Below, piece after piece: positions 40,048 through 53,211 of a stretch of 62,059 nt of DNA (positions within the stretch are counted from its first letter, which is position 1; each line of letters starts with the position of its first letter). The notes under the pieces were generated by a model. It did no database searches. It was given only the letters and a program-made list of their open reading frames with translations, and was not told where the DNA came from. The DNA is from Clostridiales bacterium (lineage in GTDB: Bacteria; Bacillota; Clostridia; Oscillospirales; Oscillospiraceae). Both the position numbers and the translations under genes were made by a program. The stretch covers positions 1 through 62,059 of the forward strand of contig JAJPXY010000052.1 of assembly GCA_021205205.1 (NCBI GenBank), written 5' to 3'.

Positions 40048-41562
40048 TCAGCGCAGGTATGCAGTCGTGCGATATTGGAGGGCCTCGGCCAGGTGGGCGA
40101 CCTCCAGCTGTTCGGCCCCGGCCAGGTCGGCCACCGTCCGCGCCACCCGCAGGATGCGGTCGTAGCTGCGGGCGGTCAGGGCCAGCTTGTCATACGCCTG
40201 CTTCATCAAAGCGGTACACGCCTCGTCCATCCGGCAGTACTCCGCCAGCTCCGCCTGGCCCATCTGGGCGTTGCAGCGGGGGCCGTCCGGGCCATAGCGC
40301 TGCCGCTGCCGCTGGCGGGCGGCGTTGACCCGCTCCCGGATGGCGGCGGACGGCTCGCCGGGGGACCGGCGGCTCAGTTCCTCAAAGCTCAGGGAGGGCA
40401 CGTCTACCTTTAAATCAATGCGGTCCAGCAGGGGGCCGGACAGGCGGCCCAGGTACTGGGCCACGCTCTTGGGGGAACAGGTGCAGCGGCCGGAGGGGTG
40501 GCCGTACCAGCCGCACTTGCAGGGGTTCATGGCGCAAATCATCTGGAACTGGCTGGGGTAGGTCACTGAGCCGGAGGCCCGGGAAATTTGCACCTCCCCG
40601 TCCTCCAGGGGCTGGCGCAGCACCTCCAGGGCGGCGGTCTGGAACTCCGGCAGCTCGTCCAGGAAGAGGACGCCGTGGTGGGCCAGAGAGATCTCGCCGG
40701 GGCGGGGATAGACGCCGCCCCCGGCCAGGGCGTAGCTGGAAATGGTGTGGTGGGGCGCGCGGAAGGGGCGGCTGGTCAGCAGGGGATGTTTGTTGTCCAG
40801 CAGGCCGCAGACCGACCACAGCTGGGTGACCTCCAGGGCCTCCTCCCGGCTCATATCCGGCAGGATGGAGGGCATCCGGTGGGCCAGCATACTCTTGCCG
40901 GAGCCGGGGGACCCCACCATCAGCAGGTGGTGGCCGCCGGCGGCGGCGATCTCCAGCGCCCGCTTCACCGGCTCCTGGCCCTTCACGTCCTCGAAGTCCG
41001 GCAGGGGGACGGCCTCCGCCTCCGGCTCCCAGGGGCTGGCGGCGGCAATGCGTTTACGCTGAAAGAGGTGGTCCGCCAACTGGCGCAGGTTCTCCACCGG
41101 GTAGACGTTCAATCCCCCGGCCAGGGTGGCCTCCAGCGCGTTGTCGGCGGGGACGAACAGGCTGCGCACCCCCATCTCCCGGGCGGCGGCGGCCATGGGC
41201 AGCACTCCCCGCACCGGGCGGATCTCTCCGGAGAGGGAGACCTCCCCTAAAAAGGACATCTCCTCCGCCGGAGCGGGAAGCTGGCCGCTGGCGGCCAGCA
41301 CACCCACCAGAATGGGCAGGTCGTAGAGGCTGCCCTCCTTCCGGCGGTCGGCGGGGGCCAGGTTCACCGTGATGCGGTGCGCGCCAAAGAGAAAGCCGCT
41401 GTTCTGGATGGCGGAGCGGACCCGCTCCCGGGCCTCCTTCACGGCGTTGTCCGGCAGGCCCGCCAGGTCAAACCGGGGCAGCCCGGCGGAGATGTCGCAC
41501 TCCACCCGGACCTCGTAGCCGGTCACGCCGGACAGACCCAGCGAACGCACAGCGGTAAACAT
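40048..41562 (-). CDS. comM: YifB/ComM Mg-chelatase-like AAA+ ATPase
   Basis: GLPDNAVKEARERV, GSPGSGKS, PFRAPHH, LFLDELPEF, AMNPC, LDRID. Confidence 0.93.
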   Translation of the reverse strand: MFTAVRSLGLSGVTGYEVRVECDISAGLPRFDLAGLPDNAVKEARERVRSAIQNSGFLFGAHRITVNLAPADRRKEGSLYDLPILVGVLAASGQLPAPAEEMSFLGEVSLSGEIRPVRGVLPMAAAAREMGVRSLFVPADNALEATLAGGLNVYPVENLRQLADHLFQRKRIAAASPWEPEAEAVPLPDFEDVKGQEPVKRALEIAAAGGHHLLMVGSPGSGKSMLAHRMPSILPDMSREEALEVTQLWSVCGLLDNKHPLLTSRPFRAPHHTISSYALAGGGVYPRPGEISLAHHGVLFLDELPEFQTAALEVLRQPLEDGEVQISRASGSVTYPSQFQMICAMNPCKCGWYGHPSGRCTCSPKSVAQYLGRLSGPLLDRIDLKVDVPSLSFEELSRRSPGEPSAAIRERVNAARQRQRQRYGPDGPRCNAQMGQAELAEYCRMDEACTALMKQAYDKLALTARSYDRILRVARTVADLAGAEQLEVAHLAEALQYRTTAYLR

Positions 41563-41582
41563 CAGACGACCCCCTCACATTA

Positions 41583-41814
41583 AAGTGTGCAATGCGCAAT
41601 TCTGACAATTTCCTTTGCTCAGCCCCTTTTTAGTGGCCGGAAAAAGGACGATTCTAATTAAACTCCCACATCTGTCGTACAAAACTGACATCAGACGGCA
41701 AGCGCTGTCTCCTTTTGCTTCTCCAAAGAGGAGGGGCGCCGCCGCAAGACAAGAGCGGGAGCCGGTTCCCCGCTCCATTGCACATTGCTAATTGTTAATT
41801 GCTAATTGCTAATT
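41583..41814. repeat. Heptamer-bounded dispersed repeat, copy B (uninterrupted)
   Basis: Inverted heptamer arrays TGTGCAATGCGCAATT ... CATTGCACATTGCTAATTGTTAATTGCTAATTGCTAATT; core homologous to 23228-23390. Confidence 0.75.
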
Positions 41815-42126
41815 ATTCCGCCGCCGCGGGAGAGGAAGCGGAAAATCGACTCTTATCCTCCCCTATCATACCGTTTTATCCGGCAAAAAGCAATCCCGAC
41901 GGCAAAGAAAATAATTGGTTAGCAGGAAACAACTTATAGAAAAAAGACAGAATGCTGACCAAATGTGGTGCCAACCCCTGCCTGCTTTGGTTATTTCATA
42001 TGACAAACGAGATTTTTCACAAATTTTTATTTACAAATGCCACAAGAACTGTTATGATAAGTGATGTTAGAAAAGGTTGCTCTAATGCTGAGGAATTCTA
42101 ATTCGTACAAGGAGGAAACAAACATC

Positions 42127-45645
<3,519 letters not shown>

Positions 45646-45737
45646 GAGACAGCCCGCTGCGGCAATAAAGCAATAAACCATTCCCTTTGCATAGTTTTAT
45701 GCAAAAGGACAGTTGCAAAACAAACTCTAAAAAAATG

Positions 45738-45772
45738 AGGGAGCGTTGCAGTTTTGCAACGCTCCCTTTTTT
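45738..45772 (+). terminator. Intrinsic terminator after nifJ
   Basis: AGGGAGCGTTGCA-GTTT-TGCAACGCTCCCT followed by a T-run. Confidence 0.7.
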
Positions 45773-45883
45773 GAGCGAGTCCTCGTGAGAACATATTTTT
45801 AATAGCATGAACGAATTGACATAAAAAGCAAATTGAATTTGCAATAAAATCAATATTTTCTAAGTTTTATTGGAGGAGTTTGT

Positions 45884-46944
45884 ATGCGTTCTAAGACAGG
45901 CAATAAAAAGAAACCGATGAAAAAAAGAATAGAAGGCTTTTTTGCAGTTTATCAAGAAATTGGGAAAAGAGTTTTTTCAGTAAAGCAATTTTGGTCGATA
46001 CTCCCACTCACAGCAATCTTGGAGATCATGGGATCGTCTTGGCTGAAAAACAATTTGTACAAAGCAACGGAATAAAGCGCGTTGCGGAGATCACTGCAGC
46101 CGAATATGACAAATATAGCAAGTGGTTGGCGAAGTATACCCCCAAGAGCCGAATCATTCTGGTTCCTGGGGGTGGATTCCTTGGGTGTCTATGGCCAAAG
46201 GAGGAATATAGAGTTCGTGATATTTTGAAGAAGTTTTCAAGAAATCGCATCATTGTTTTTCCGCAAACTGTGACTTTTGATTTGGGCAGTAAAGATGGAA
46301 GGAAATTCTTTGAGGAAAGCAAGAAAATCTATGAAGCGCATCCGAACTTAACTATATTTGTTCGGGAAGCAAAGAGCTACCTCTTTATGCAGGAGTATAT
46401 GCCGAAGGTCAACTGTTATATGGTGCCCGATATTGTGACAGAACTAAAAACCGATGTTACCGGTTCTGCCGCTCGTTCAGGTATATTGTTCTGTATGCGC
46501 TCAGATCTTGAAAAAGCTCTTCCGGAATCTGATGTTCGCCTTATTATGGAGTGTGTGAAAACGAGATTCAAAGGGGAGTCGGTTGAATTTACGGACATGG
46601 CTACCAAGGGTGGGCGTGTTATTCCACCCCAAGAAAGAGATGAAGAAGTAACAAAGAAGCTGAAGCAGTTTGCCGCCTCTCGTTTGGTTGTCACAGACAG
46701 ATTGCATGGAATGATTTTTTCTACGTTGGTCGGAACGCCGTGTATCGCGTTCAATAATTCAAACGGGAAAGTGCGAATGGTATATGAGTGGGTCAAAGAA
46801 CTGCCATATATTCGATTTGTTGACAAGCCGGAAGATTTTGATTCTGTGTTGAAGGAAATGGATATTGATAGGACCTACATATATGATTATCATCTTGTCG
46901 ATAATCAATTCCAACCGTTAAAAGATGTGTTAAAGGAGTTATGA
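45884..46944 (+). pseudogene. Polysaccharide pyruvyltransferase (EpsI-like), frameshifted near the 5' end
   Basis: TPTHSNLGD, PGGGFLG, FPQT, VRE, PD, TDRLHGMIF; the RBS-linked ATG at 45884 is out of frame with the body; AT-rich. Confidence 0.7.
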
Positions 46945-47211
46945 TAAACAAGCTTACTGTTTTAGGCCAATAAATTGATGAATAGAATTACGTGCCATTG
47001 TTCCGTGGACGGAGAATGGAAAAAAGCCATCATTCCGTTTCCATGCAACATCCTGCCGATGGTATGGAGATATGATGCGGAGATTATTCCACCCTGTAGT
47101 TACCGCAGTTTTAGCAAAGAAGATGTATGATTGACCGCGACAGATAATGCCAATATAGCTGAAAAGCGGAGGTCAGGCACGCATAGGGGCCTGACCTTGC
47201 TTTGAAGAGAA

Positions 47212-47254
47212 GAAAATCGTTGCAGTTTTGACAATTCTGCAACGATTTTCTTTT
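47212..47254. terminator. Bidirectional hairpin terminator downstream of yebC
   Basis: GAAAATCGTTGCAG...CTGCAACGATTTTC. Confidence 0.6.
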
Positions 47255-47277
47255 CTACTGTTATGTTTATTATGGAA

Positions 47278-48012
47278 TCAGTCCTGATCCCAGTTATGCC
47301 AGACGTTCTGGACGTCGTCGTCCTCCTCCAGCAGCTCCAGCATCCGCTCCATGTTCTTGATGTCGCCCTCTTTTTCCAGCTTGACCAGGTCGTTGGGGAT
47401 CATGGCCTCCTCGGCGGACTCGAAGGTGTAACCGGCGGCCTCCAGGGCCTCGGAGACGGCCACCAAGTCCTCAGGGGCACAGTAAACCACGAACACGTCG
47501 CCCTCGTTCTTCAGGTCGTCTGCACCGGCCTCCAGGGCGTCCATCATGACGGTGTCCTCGTCCAGCTCCTCGTCCTCGTTGTTGATGACGATCTGGCCCT
47601 TGCGCTCAAAGTTCCAGGACACACAGCCGGTAGCGCCCAGGTTGCCGTTGTATTTGTCGAACAGGTGGCGGATGTTGGGGGCGGTGCGGTTGCGGTTGTC
47701 GGTCAGGGCCTCCACGATGACCGCCACGCCGGAGGGGCCATAGCCCTCGAACTGCAAGGTCTCGTAGTTGTCGCCGCTGCCGGAGGCCAGGGCCTTGTCG
47801 ATGGTGCGCTTGATGCTGTCCTTGGGCATATTCACGGCCTTGGCCTTGGCGATGACCGTGGCCAGCTTGGAGTTATTCTTGGGGTCGCCGCTGCCGCCGG
47901 TCTTGACGGCGACAATCATTTCCCGGGCGATTTTGGTGAACGCCTGGGAGCGCTTGGCATCGGCTGCGCCTTTGGTCTTTTGAATGTTATGCCACTTGGA
48001 ATGTCCGGACAT
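47278..48012 (-). CDS. yebC: YebC/PmpR family protein
   Basis: MSGHSKWHNI, EGYGPSG, TDNRNRT, DDDVQNVWHN. Confidence 0.96.
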   Translation of the reverse strand: MSGHSKWHNIQKTKGAADAKRSQAFTKIAREMIVAVKTGGSGDPKNNSKLATVIAKAKAVNMPKDSIKRTIDKALASGSGDNYETLQFEGYGPSGVAVIVEALTDNRNRTAPNIRHLFDKYNGNLGATGCVSWNFERKGQIVINNEDEELDEDTVMMDALEAGADDLKNEGDVFVVYCAPEDLVAVSEALEAAGYTFESAEEAMIPNDLVKLEKEGDIKNMERMLELLEEDDDVQNVWHNWDQD

Positions 48013-48348
48013 GAGTGATTCATCCCTTCATATGAGTATGTTGCTGTGGTTTTCCTGTTCTGCTCCCACGGGGAGCGAAAAACCGCATATAAACCTATTG
48101 TTCGCTTATTATATCACGGAAAAAAACGGGTTGCAACCCCTTTTGAGAAAAGAAACCGGCAAACCCCGGCCTGACGCCGTTTTTGCCCCTCCCCTGCCGC
48201 GGTCGGTCTTGGCGGGAATGGCTCCCGAATCGCTCTCGCACCCGTCCCCGTCCTCACGGCCTGCCGCGGCCGACCCCGGCGTGAATGGCGCCGATGGGTA
48301 CGTTCCCGCCCATGAAGTTCCCAATGCGGCCCTTTAGAATGGTTTTAC

Positions 48349-48391
48349 TTGACAGAAACGGCGGCAAATGCTATAATCATTTTGTCTTACA
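48349..48391 (+). promoter_or_regulatory. Consensus promoter plus putative FadR-type operator
   Basis: TTGACA-N17-TATAAT (extended TG), then TGTCTTACA at 48383-48391. Confidence 0.7.
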
Positions 48392-48442
48392 TAAGAACAT
48401 CATACGTATGAAATTCTGAGCTGGAGAATGGAGGAGAGAGTT

Positions 48443-49180
48443 ATGGCAGACCGACCTGCTTACCTAAAAAATTTAAAGAGTGAATCTGTCGTCCAGCGCG
48501 TCATCAACTGCCTGACCGACGGCATGATCTCCGGGGAACTAAAGCCCGGCGACAAGCTCCCCACCGAGCCGGAGCTGGCAGCCAACTTTGGCGTGGCGCG
48601 CACCTCAGTCCGGGAGGCCACCAAAATTCTCACCTATATGGGCGTGCTGGAGAGCCGACGCTCCGAAGGCACCTTCGTCTCCACCGGATTCCAGGAGAGC
48701 ATGATCGACCCCATGGTCTACGGCATCATCCTGAACCGGGGCGACGACTTCGACAGCCTGATGGAGCTGCGGGAGCTGATCGAGGTGGGCATTTTGCAGC
48801 TGGCCGTCAAAAAGGAGAACCAGGAGGGCCTGGACCTGGTGAAAAACCGCCTGGAGGACTTTGAGGCCGCCGTGGCCGGGACAGACGACGTGGCTCAGGC
48901 CGCGTTCGAGGCGGACAACGCCTTCCACGACGCGGTTTCCGACCTGTGCCGGAACACGCTGGTCAGCAAAATCGACTCCGTCGTGCGGATGCTCACCTAT
49001 TCCGTCCGCTGGGATACCGTGAAAACAATGATCGACACCGGGCGGGGCGAGGAGCTGCTCCAGGCCCACCAAAAAATTTATGATATGCTGGCGGCGAAAG
49101 ACCTCCAGCATATCGAAGAACGCATCCGCAACACCTACTTCCTGGACGTTTTGGACCGGGAGGAGGAAAAAACAGATTAA
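48443..49180 (+). CDS. GntR/FadR family regulator
   Basis: LKPGDKLPTEPEL, VARTSVREA, GTFV, FCD domain (ELRELIE, DNAFH). Confidence 0.93.
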   Translation: MADRPAYLKNLKSESVVQRVINCLTDGMISGELKPGDKLPTEPELAANFGVARTSVREATKILTYMGVLESRRSEGTFVSTGFQESMIDPMVYGIILNRGDDFDSLMELRELIEVGILQLAVKKENQEGLDLVKNRLEDFEAAVAGTDDVAQAAFEADNAFHDAVSDLCRNTLVSKIDSVVRMLTYSVRWDTVKTMIDTGRGEELLQAHQKIYDMLAAKDLQHIEERIRNTYFLDVLDREEEKTD

Positions 49181-49303
49181 AACGTTTGTACCCCTTTCTG
49201 CGCGGCCTTCGGGCCGCGCTTTTTTTCGCGCCTGGGCTGAGGGCATTTTCCATAAAAAATAGGAAAGAACTTTATGCAAAAGGTAGAAAAGAAGAAAGAG
49301 GGA

Positions 49304-49348
49304 TTGACATTCGCCTTTGCTTGTGGTATTACATACATATGTCAGACA
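49304..49348 (+). promoter_or_regulatory. TRAP operon promoter plus putative FadR-type operator
   Basis: TTGACA-N17-TATTAC, then TGTCAGACA at 49340-49348. Confidence 0.65.
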
Positions 49349-49457
49349 AAGGACGTAAGGCATCAAGAGAGAAAGAAGATGAATCAGCTACCACGATTCC
49401 TTGGAAATGCCTTTCACTATACGCAATCCACCCATCAATCAAGTAAAGGAGATGTCT

Positions 49458-50486
49458 ATGAAAAAAGCAAAACAACTGTTGGCCCTGGTCATGGCGCTGA
49501 CAATGGTCTTTCTCCTGACGGGGTGCGGCTCTTCCAGCGCCGACACCAGCACCGACAGTGAGTACCAGACCATCGAGCTGTCCATGGCTGTCAACGGCAC
49601 CAACACCCAGATCGACGCCCGCGTGGCGGAGTACTTCGCCGACCTGGTCGAGGAGCGCTCCGGTGGCTCCGTCACCATCGCCGTGTTCCCCAACGACGAG
49701 CTGGCCGGCGGCAGCGCCTCCCGCGGCATCGAGATGATCGCCTCCGGCAGTACCGACCTGGCGGCCTACGCCACCTGTACGCTGGCCGTCATCGACGAGA
49801 TGCTCCCCGTGGCCACCATCCCCTGGAGCTTTGACGACTACGCCGAAGCCCGGGAGATCATCGACAGCACCGGCTGCGAATACTACGCCGAGCGGCTGTC
49901 CGCCAAGGGCATGACCTATCTGGGGTCCTTCCACAACGGCTTCCGCCAGATCACCAACTCCAAGCGGGAGATCCACTCCCCGGATGACCTGAAGAACCTG
50001 AAGATCCGCGTTCCCGGCAGCGTGGTGTACATGGGCTTCTTCACCGCCCTGTGCGCTGACCCCACCTCCATGAACTGGAGCGAGGTGTTCACCGCCATCC
50101 AGCAGGGCACCATCGACGGTCAGGAGAACGGCGTCAGCATCACCTCCTCCTCCAAGATGTACGAGGTGCAGGATTACCTGACCATGTGGAACTACTCCTA
50201 CGAAAGCGACCTGTTTGTGGCCAACACTTCCACCTGGGAGAGCCTGAACGAGAACACCCGTGAGCTGCTCCAGGAGTGCGCCACCGAAGCCTGCAACTGG
50301 GGCCGCGACACCCTGGAGGCCGAGGAATCTGAGACCCTGGAAATGTTCGAAGAAAAGGGCATGACCATCACCTACCTGACCGAGGAAGAGAAAGCCGTCT
50401 TTGAGGACGCCATTGCCGACTGGAAGGACAGCATGATCGACTACTTCGGGGAAGACGCCTGCGCCGCCTTCAACATCACGAAATAA
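49458..50486 (+). CDS. dctP: TRAP solute-binding lipoprotein
   Basis: Lipobox LTGC, NGFRQITN, LKIRVP, QQGTIDGQEN. Confidence 0.93.
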   Translation: MKKAKQLLALVMALTMVFLLTGCGSSSADTSTDSEYQTIELSMAVNGTNTQIDARVAEYFADLVEERSGGSVTIAVFPNDELAGGSASRGIEMIASGSTDLAAYATCTLAVIDEMLPVATIPWSFDDYAEAREIIDSTGCEYYAERLSAKGMTYLGSFHNGFRQITNSKREIHSPDDLKNLKIRVPGSVVYMGFFTALCADPTSMNWSEVFTAIQQGTIDGQENGVSITSSSKMYEVQDYLTMWNYSYESDLFVANTSTWESLNENTRELLQECATEACNWGRDTLEAEESETLEMFEEKGMTITYLTEEEKAVFEDAIADWKDSMIDYFGEDACAAFNITK

Positions 50487-50499
50487 GGGAGGGAAGAAT

Positions 50500-51054
50500 A
50501 TGAAAGTTTTTGACTGGATCGAAGAGATCATCTGCGTCATCTGCACCGTCGTCATGACCGCCTTGGTCTTTGCGGGCGTTGTCTCCCGGTTCCTGCTGCA
50601 CGCCTCCCTCTCCTTCTCGGAGGAGATCACCACTTACCTGTTCGTCCTGCTGAGCCTGATGGGAACCGCCATCGCCGCCAAGCGCCGGGCGCACCTGGGC
50701 CTGACCATCGTCACCGACTCCGTACCGCCCAAGGCCCGCAAAGTCCTGATGATCATCAGCTACGCCATCGCCACTGTGTTCTCCGCCGCCCTGGTGTACT
50801 ACGGCGTGCTGATGGTCATGAACCAGCACCGTCTGGGCATGGTCACCTCCGCCATGCAGACTCCTGAGTGGATCTACGCCACCTTCGTGCCCTTCGGCGC
50901 GGTGTTCGTCACCATCCGCTTCGCCCAGGCCCTAGTTGAAGAAATCAAAAAGCCGCTGGACGCTTCCGCCCTGGAAGCGGAAAAGAAAGCTGTCCAGGAC
51001 GAGTTCCTGGGCGCCGCAGACAAAAACTTCAAGAAGGAGGGCTCTGACACATGA
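50500..51054 (+). CDS. dctQ: TRAP small permease
   Basis: 4 TM, SEEI, RAHL. Confidence 0.9.
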   Translation: MKVFDWIEEIICVICTVVMTALVFAGVVSRFLLHASLSFSEEITTYLFVLLSLMGTAIAAKRRAHLGLTIVTDSVPPKARKVLMIISYAIATVFSAALVYYGVLMVMNQHRLGMVTSAMQTPEWIYATFVPFGAVFVTIRFAQALVEEIKKPLDASALEAEKKAVQDEFLGAADKNFKKEGSDT

Positions 51055-52337
51055 TCGCTGCTGTTCTGTTTATCACCTTTGCGGTGCTGCTGCTGATCGG
51101 CACACCCATCGCCGTCTGCCTGGGCGTATCCAGCGTAGCGGCCATGCTGGTTCAGGGGATCGGACATCCCCTCAACACCATTATGAGCAGCCTTCCTCAG
51201 CTGTTCTCCGCCTCCACCAGCAAGTTCGTGCTGCTGGCCATCCCCTTCTTCATCCTGGCCGGCAACATCATGGAAAAGGCACAGATTTCCGCCAAGCTCA
51301 TCCACCTGGCTGAGACCTGCGTGGGCCACCTGAAAGGCGGCCTGGCCATCGTGTGCGTCATCGTGGCCTGCTTCTTCGCCGCCATCTCCGGCTCCGGCCC
51401 CGCTACCGTGGCCGCCCTGGGCCTGATCCTCATCCCCGGCATGATTCGCTCCGGCTACAGCCCCGCCTTTTCCGCCGCTCTGATGGGCAGCGCAGGCGCC
51501 ATCGGCGTTATCATCCCGCCCTCCATCACCTTCGTGGTTTACGGCTCCATTGCCGATGTCTCCATCGGCTCCCTGTTCAAGGCAGGTGTTCTTCCTGGCC
51601 TGATCATGGGCGCGGCGCTCATCATCGCGGCGCTGTTCGTGGGGCGGAAATACGACCTGGTCTCCCTGCCGAAAGCCTCCGGCAAAGAGCGTTGGCAGGC
51701 ATTTAAGGACGCCTTCTGGGGCCTGCTGATGCCCGTCATCATCCTGGGCGGCATCTACGGCGGCATCTTTACTCCCACCGAAGCCGCTGCGGTCGCCGTG
51801 GTCTATGGCCTGGTGGTCGGCGTGTTCATCTACCGCACCATCCATTTTAAAGAACTGTGGGCCATCATCATCGACTCCGCCAGCACCACCGCCACCGTCA
51901 TGTTCATCACTGCCTGCGCCGGTCTTTTCGCCTACGTGCTGACCCGCGCCCGCCTGGACGTGGCCATCAGCGGCGCGCTGGAATCCATCACCGGCGGCTC
52001 CACCATCGTGTTCTTCATCATCGTCAACATCATCCTGCTCATCGCGGGCTGCTTCCTGGACTCCACCTCCGCGCTGTACATTTTCGTTCCCCTGTTCGTC
52101 CCCGTGGCGGAGGCCCTGGGCATCAACCTGGTTCACCTGGGCGTGGTCATGATCGTCAACCTGGCCATCGGCCTGTACACCCCTCCCGTGGGCGTCAACC
52201 TCTATGTGGCCTGCGGCGTGGCAAACGTCAACCTGAAGCAAATCAGCAAGGCTGTTGTTCCGCTGCTCATCGCCTCCATCGCGGTGCTGCTGCTGATCAC
52301 CTATGTCCCCGGCATTTCTACCATCTTTGTCTCCTAA
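51051..52337 (+). CDS. dctM: TRAP large permease
   Basis: AIPFFILAG, ISGSGPA, IIPPSI, FTPTEA, TPPVG. Confidence 0.95.
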   Translation: MIAAVLFITFAVLLLIGTPIAVCLGVSSVAAMLVQGIGHPLNTIMSSLPQLFSASTSKFVLLAIPFFILAGNIMEKAQISAKLIHLAETCVGHLKGGLAIVCVIVACFFAAISGSGPATVAALGLILIPGMIRSGYSPAFSAALMGSAGAIGVIIPPSITFVVYGSIADVSIGSLFKAGVLPGLIMGAALIIAALFVGRKYDLVSLPKASGKERWQAFKDAFWGLLMPVIILGGIYGGIFTPTEAAAVAVVYGLVVGVFIYRTIHFKELWAIIIDSASTTATVMFITACAGLFAYVLTRARLDVAISGALESITGGSTIVFFIIVNIILLIAGCFLDSTSALYIFVPLFVPVAEALGINLVHLGVVMIVNLAIGLYTPPVGVNLYVACGVANVNLKQISKAVVPLLIASIAVLLLITYVPGISTIFVS

Positions 52338-52359
52338 ATTCAAAAGGAAGGTGCTACTT

Positions 52360-53196
52360 ATGAAAGACATGAGCATTGCACAGCTGCAAAACACCTGTGT
52401 AGACCTGAAAAAGAACGTCATCTCCATGATTTACAAGGCCCAGTCGGGTCATCCCGGCGGCTCCCTGTCGGTGGCCGAGTTCGTGACCGCCTGCTACTTC
52501 CGCGAGATGAACGTGGACCCCCAGAACCCCTACTGGCCGGACCGTGACCGCTTCGTTCTCTCCAAGGGTCATGTCTGCCCCGCTCAGTACGCCGCCCTGG
52601 CCATGAAGGGCTACTTCCCCATGAAGGAGCTGGACACCCTCCGCAAGGAAGGCTCCATCCTCCAGGGCCACCCCAACATGAAGTGCCCCGGCATCGACAT
52701 CCCCACCGGCTCCCTGGGCCAGGGCCTGGCCTGCGCCGTGGGTATGGCCATCGCCGCCAAGCTGAACGGGCAGACCTACCGGGTGTTCTCCGCCGTAGGC
52801 GACGGCGAGTGCAACGAGGGCGAGATCTGGGAAGCCTGCCAGACCGCTTATAAGTATCAGTTGGACAACCTGGTGGTCTTTGTGGACTACAACAACCTCC
52901 AGCTGGACGGCACCTGCGACGAGGTCATGCCCCCGGTGGACCTGGGTGCCAAGTTCCGTGCCTTCGGCTTCGACGTGTATGAGATCAACGGCAACGACAT
53001 GGGCCAGATGGTGGAGGCGCTGGACTTGATCCTTGCCACGAAGAACGGCAAGCCCAAGTGCATCTTCGGCCACACCGTCAAGGGCAGTGGCGTCTCCTAC
53101 ATGGAGAACGCGTGCGCCTGGCACGGCACCGCCCCCAATGAGGCCCAGTACAAACAGGCCATCGCCGAACTGGACACCCAGTATGTGTCCCGCTAA
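52360..53196 (+). CDS. Split transketolase, N-terminal (TPP-binding) subunit
   Basis: GHPGGSLS, DRFVLSKGH, GSLGQG, GDGECNEG. Confidence 0.93.
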   Translation: MKDMSIAQLQNTCVDLKKNVISMIYKAQSGHPGGSLSVAEFVTACYFREMNVDPQNPYWPDRDRFVLSKGHVCPAQYAALAMKGYFPMKELDTLRKEGSILQGHPNMKCPGIDIPTGSLGQGLACAVGMAIAAKLNGQTYRVFSAVGDGECNEGEIWEACQTAYKYQLDNLVVFVDYNNLQLDGTCDEVMPPVDLGAKFRAFGFDVYEINGNDMGQMVEALDLILATKNGKPKCIFGHTVKGSGVSYMENACAWHGTAPNEAQYKQAIAELDTQYVSR

Positions 53197-53211
53197 AGGA
53201 GGAGAACAGAA

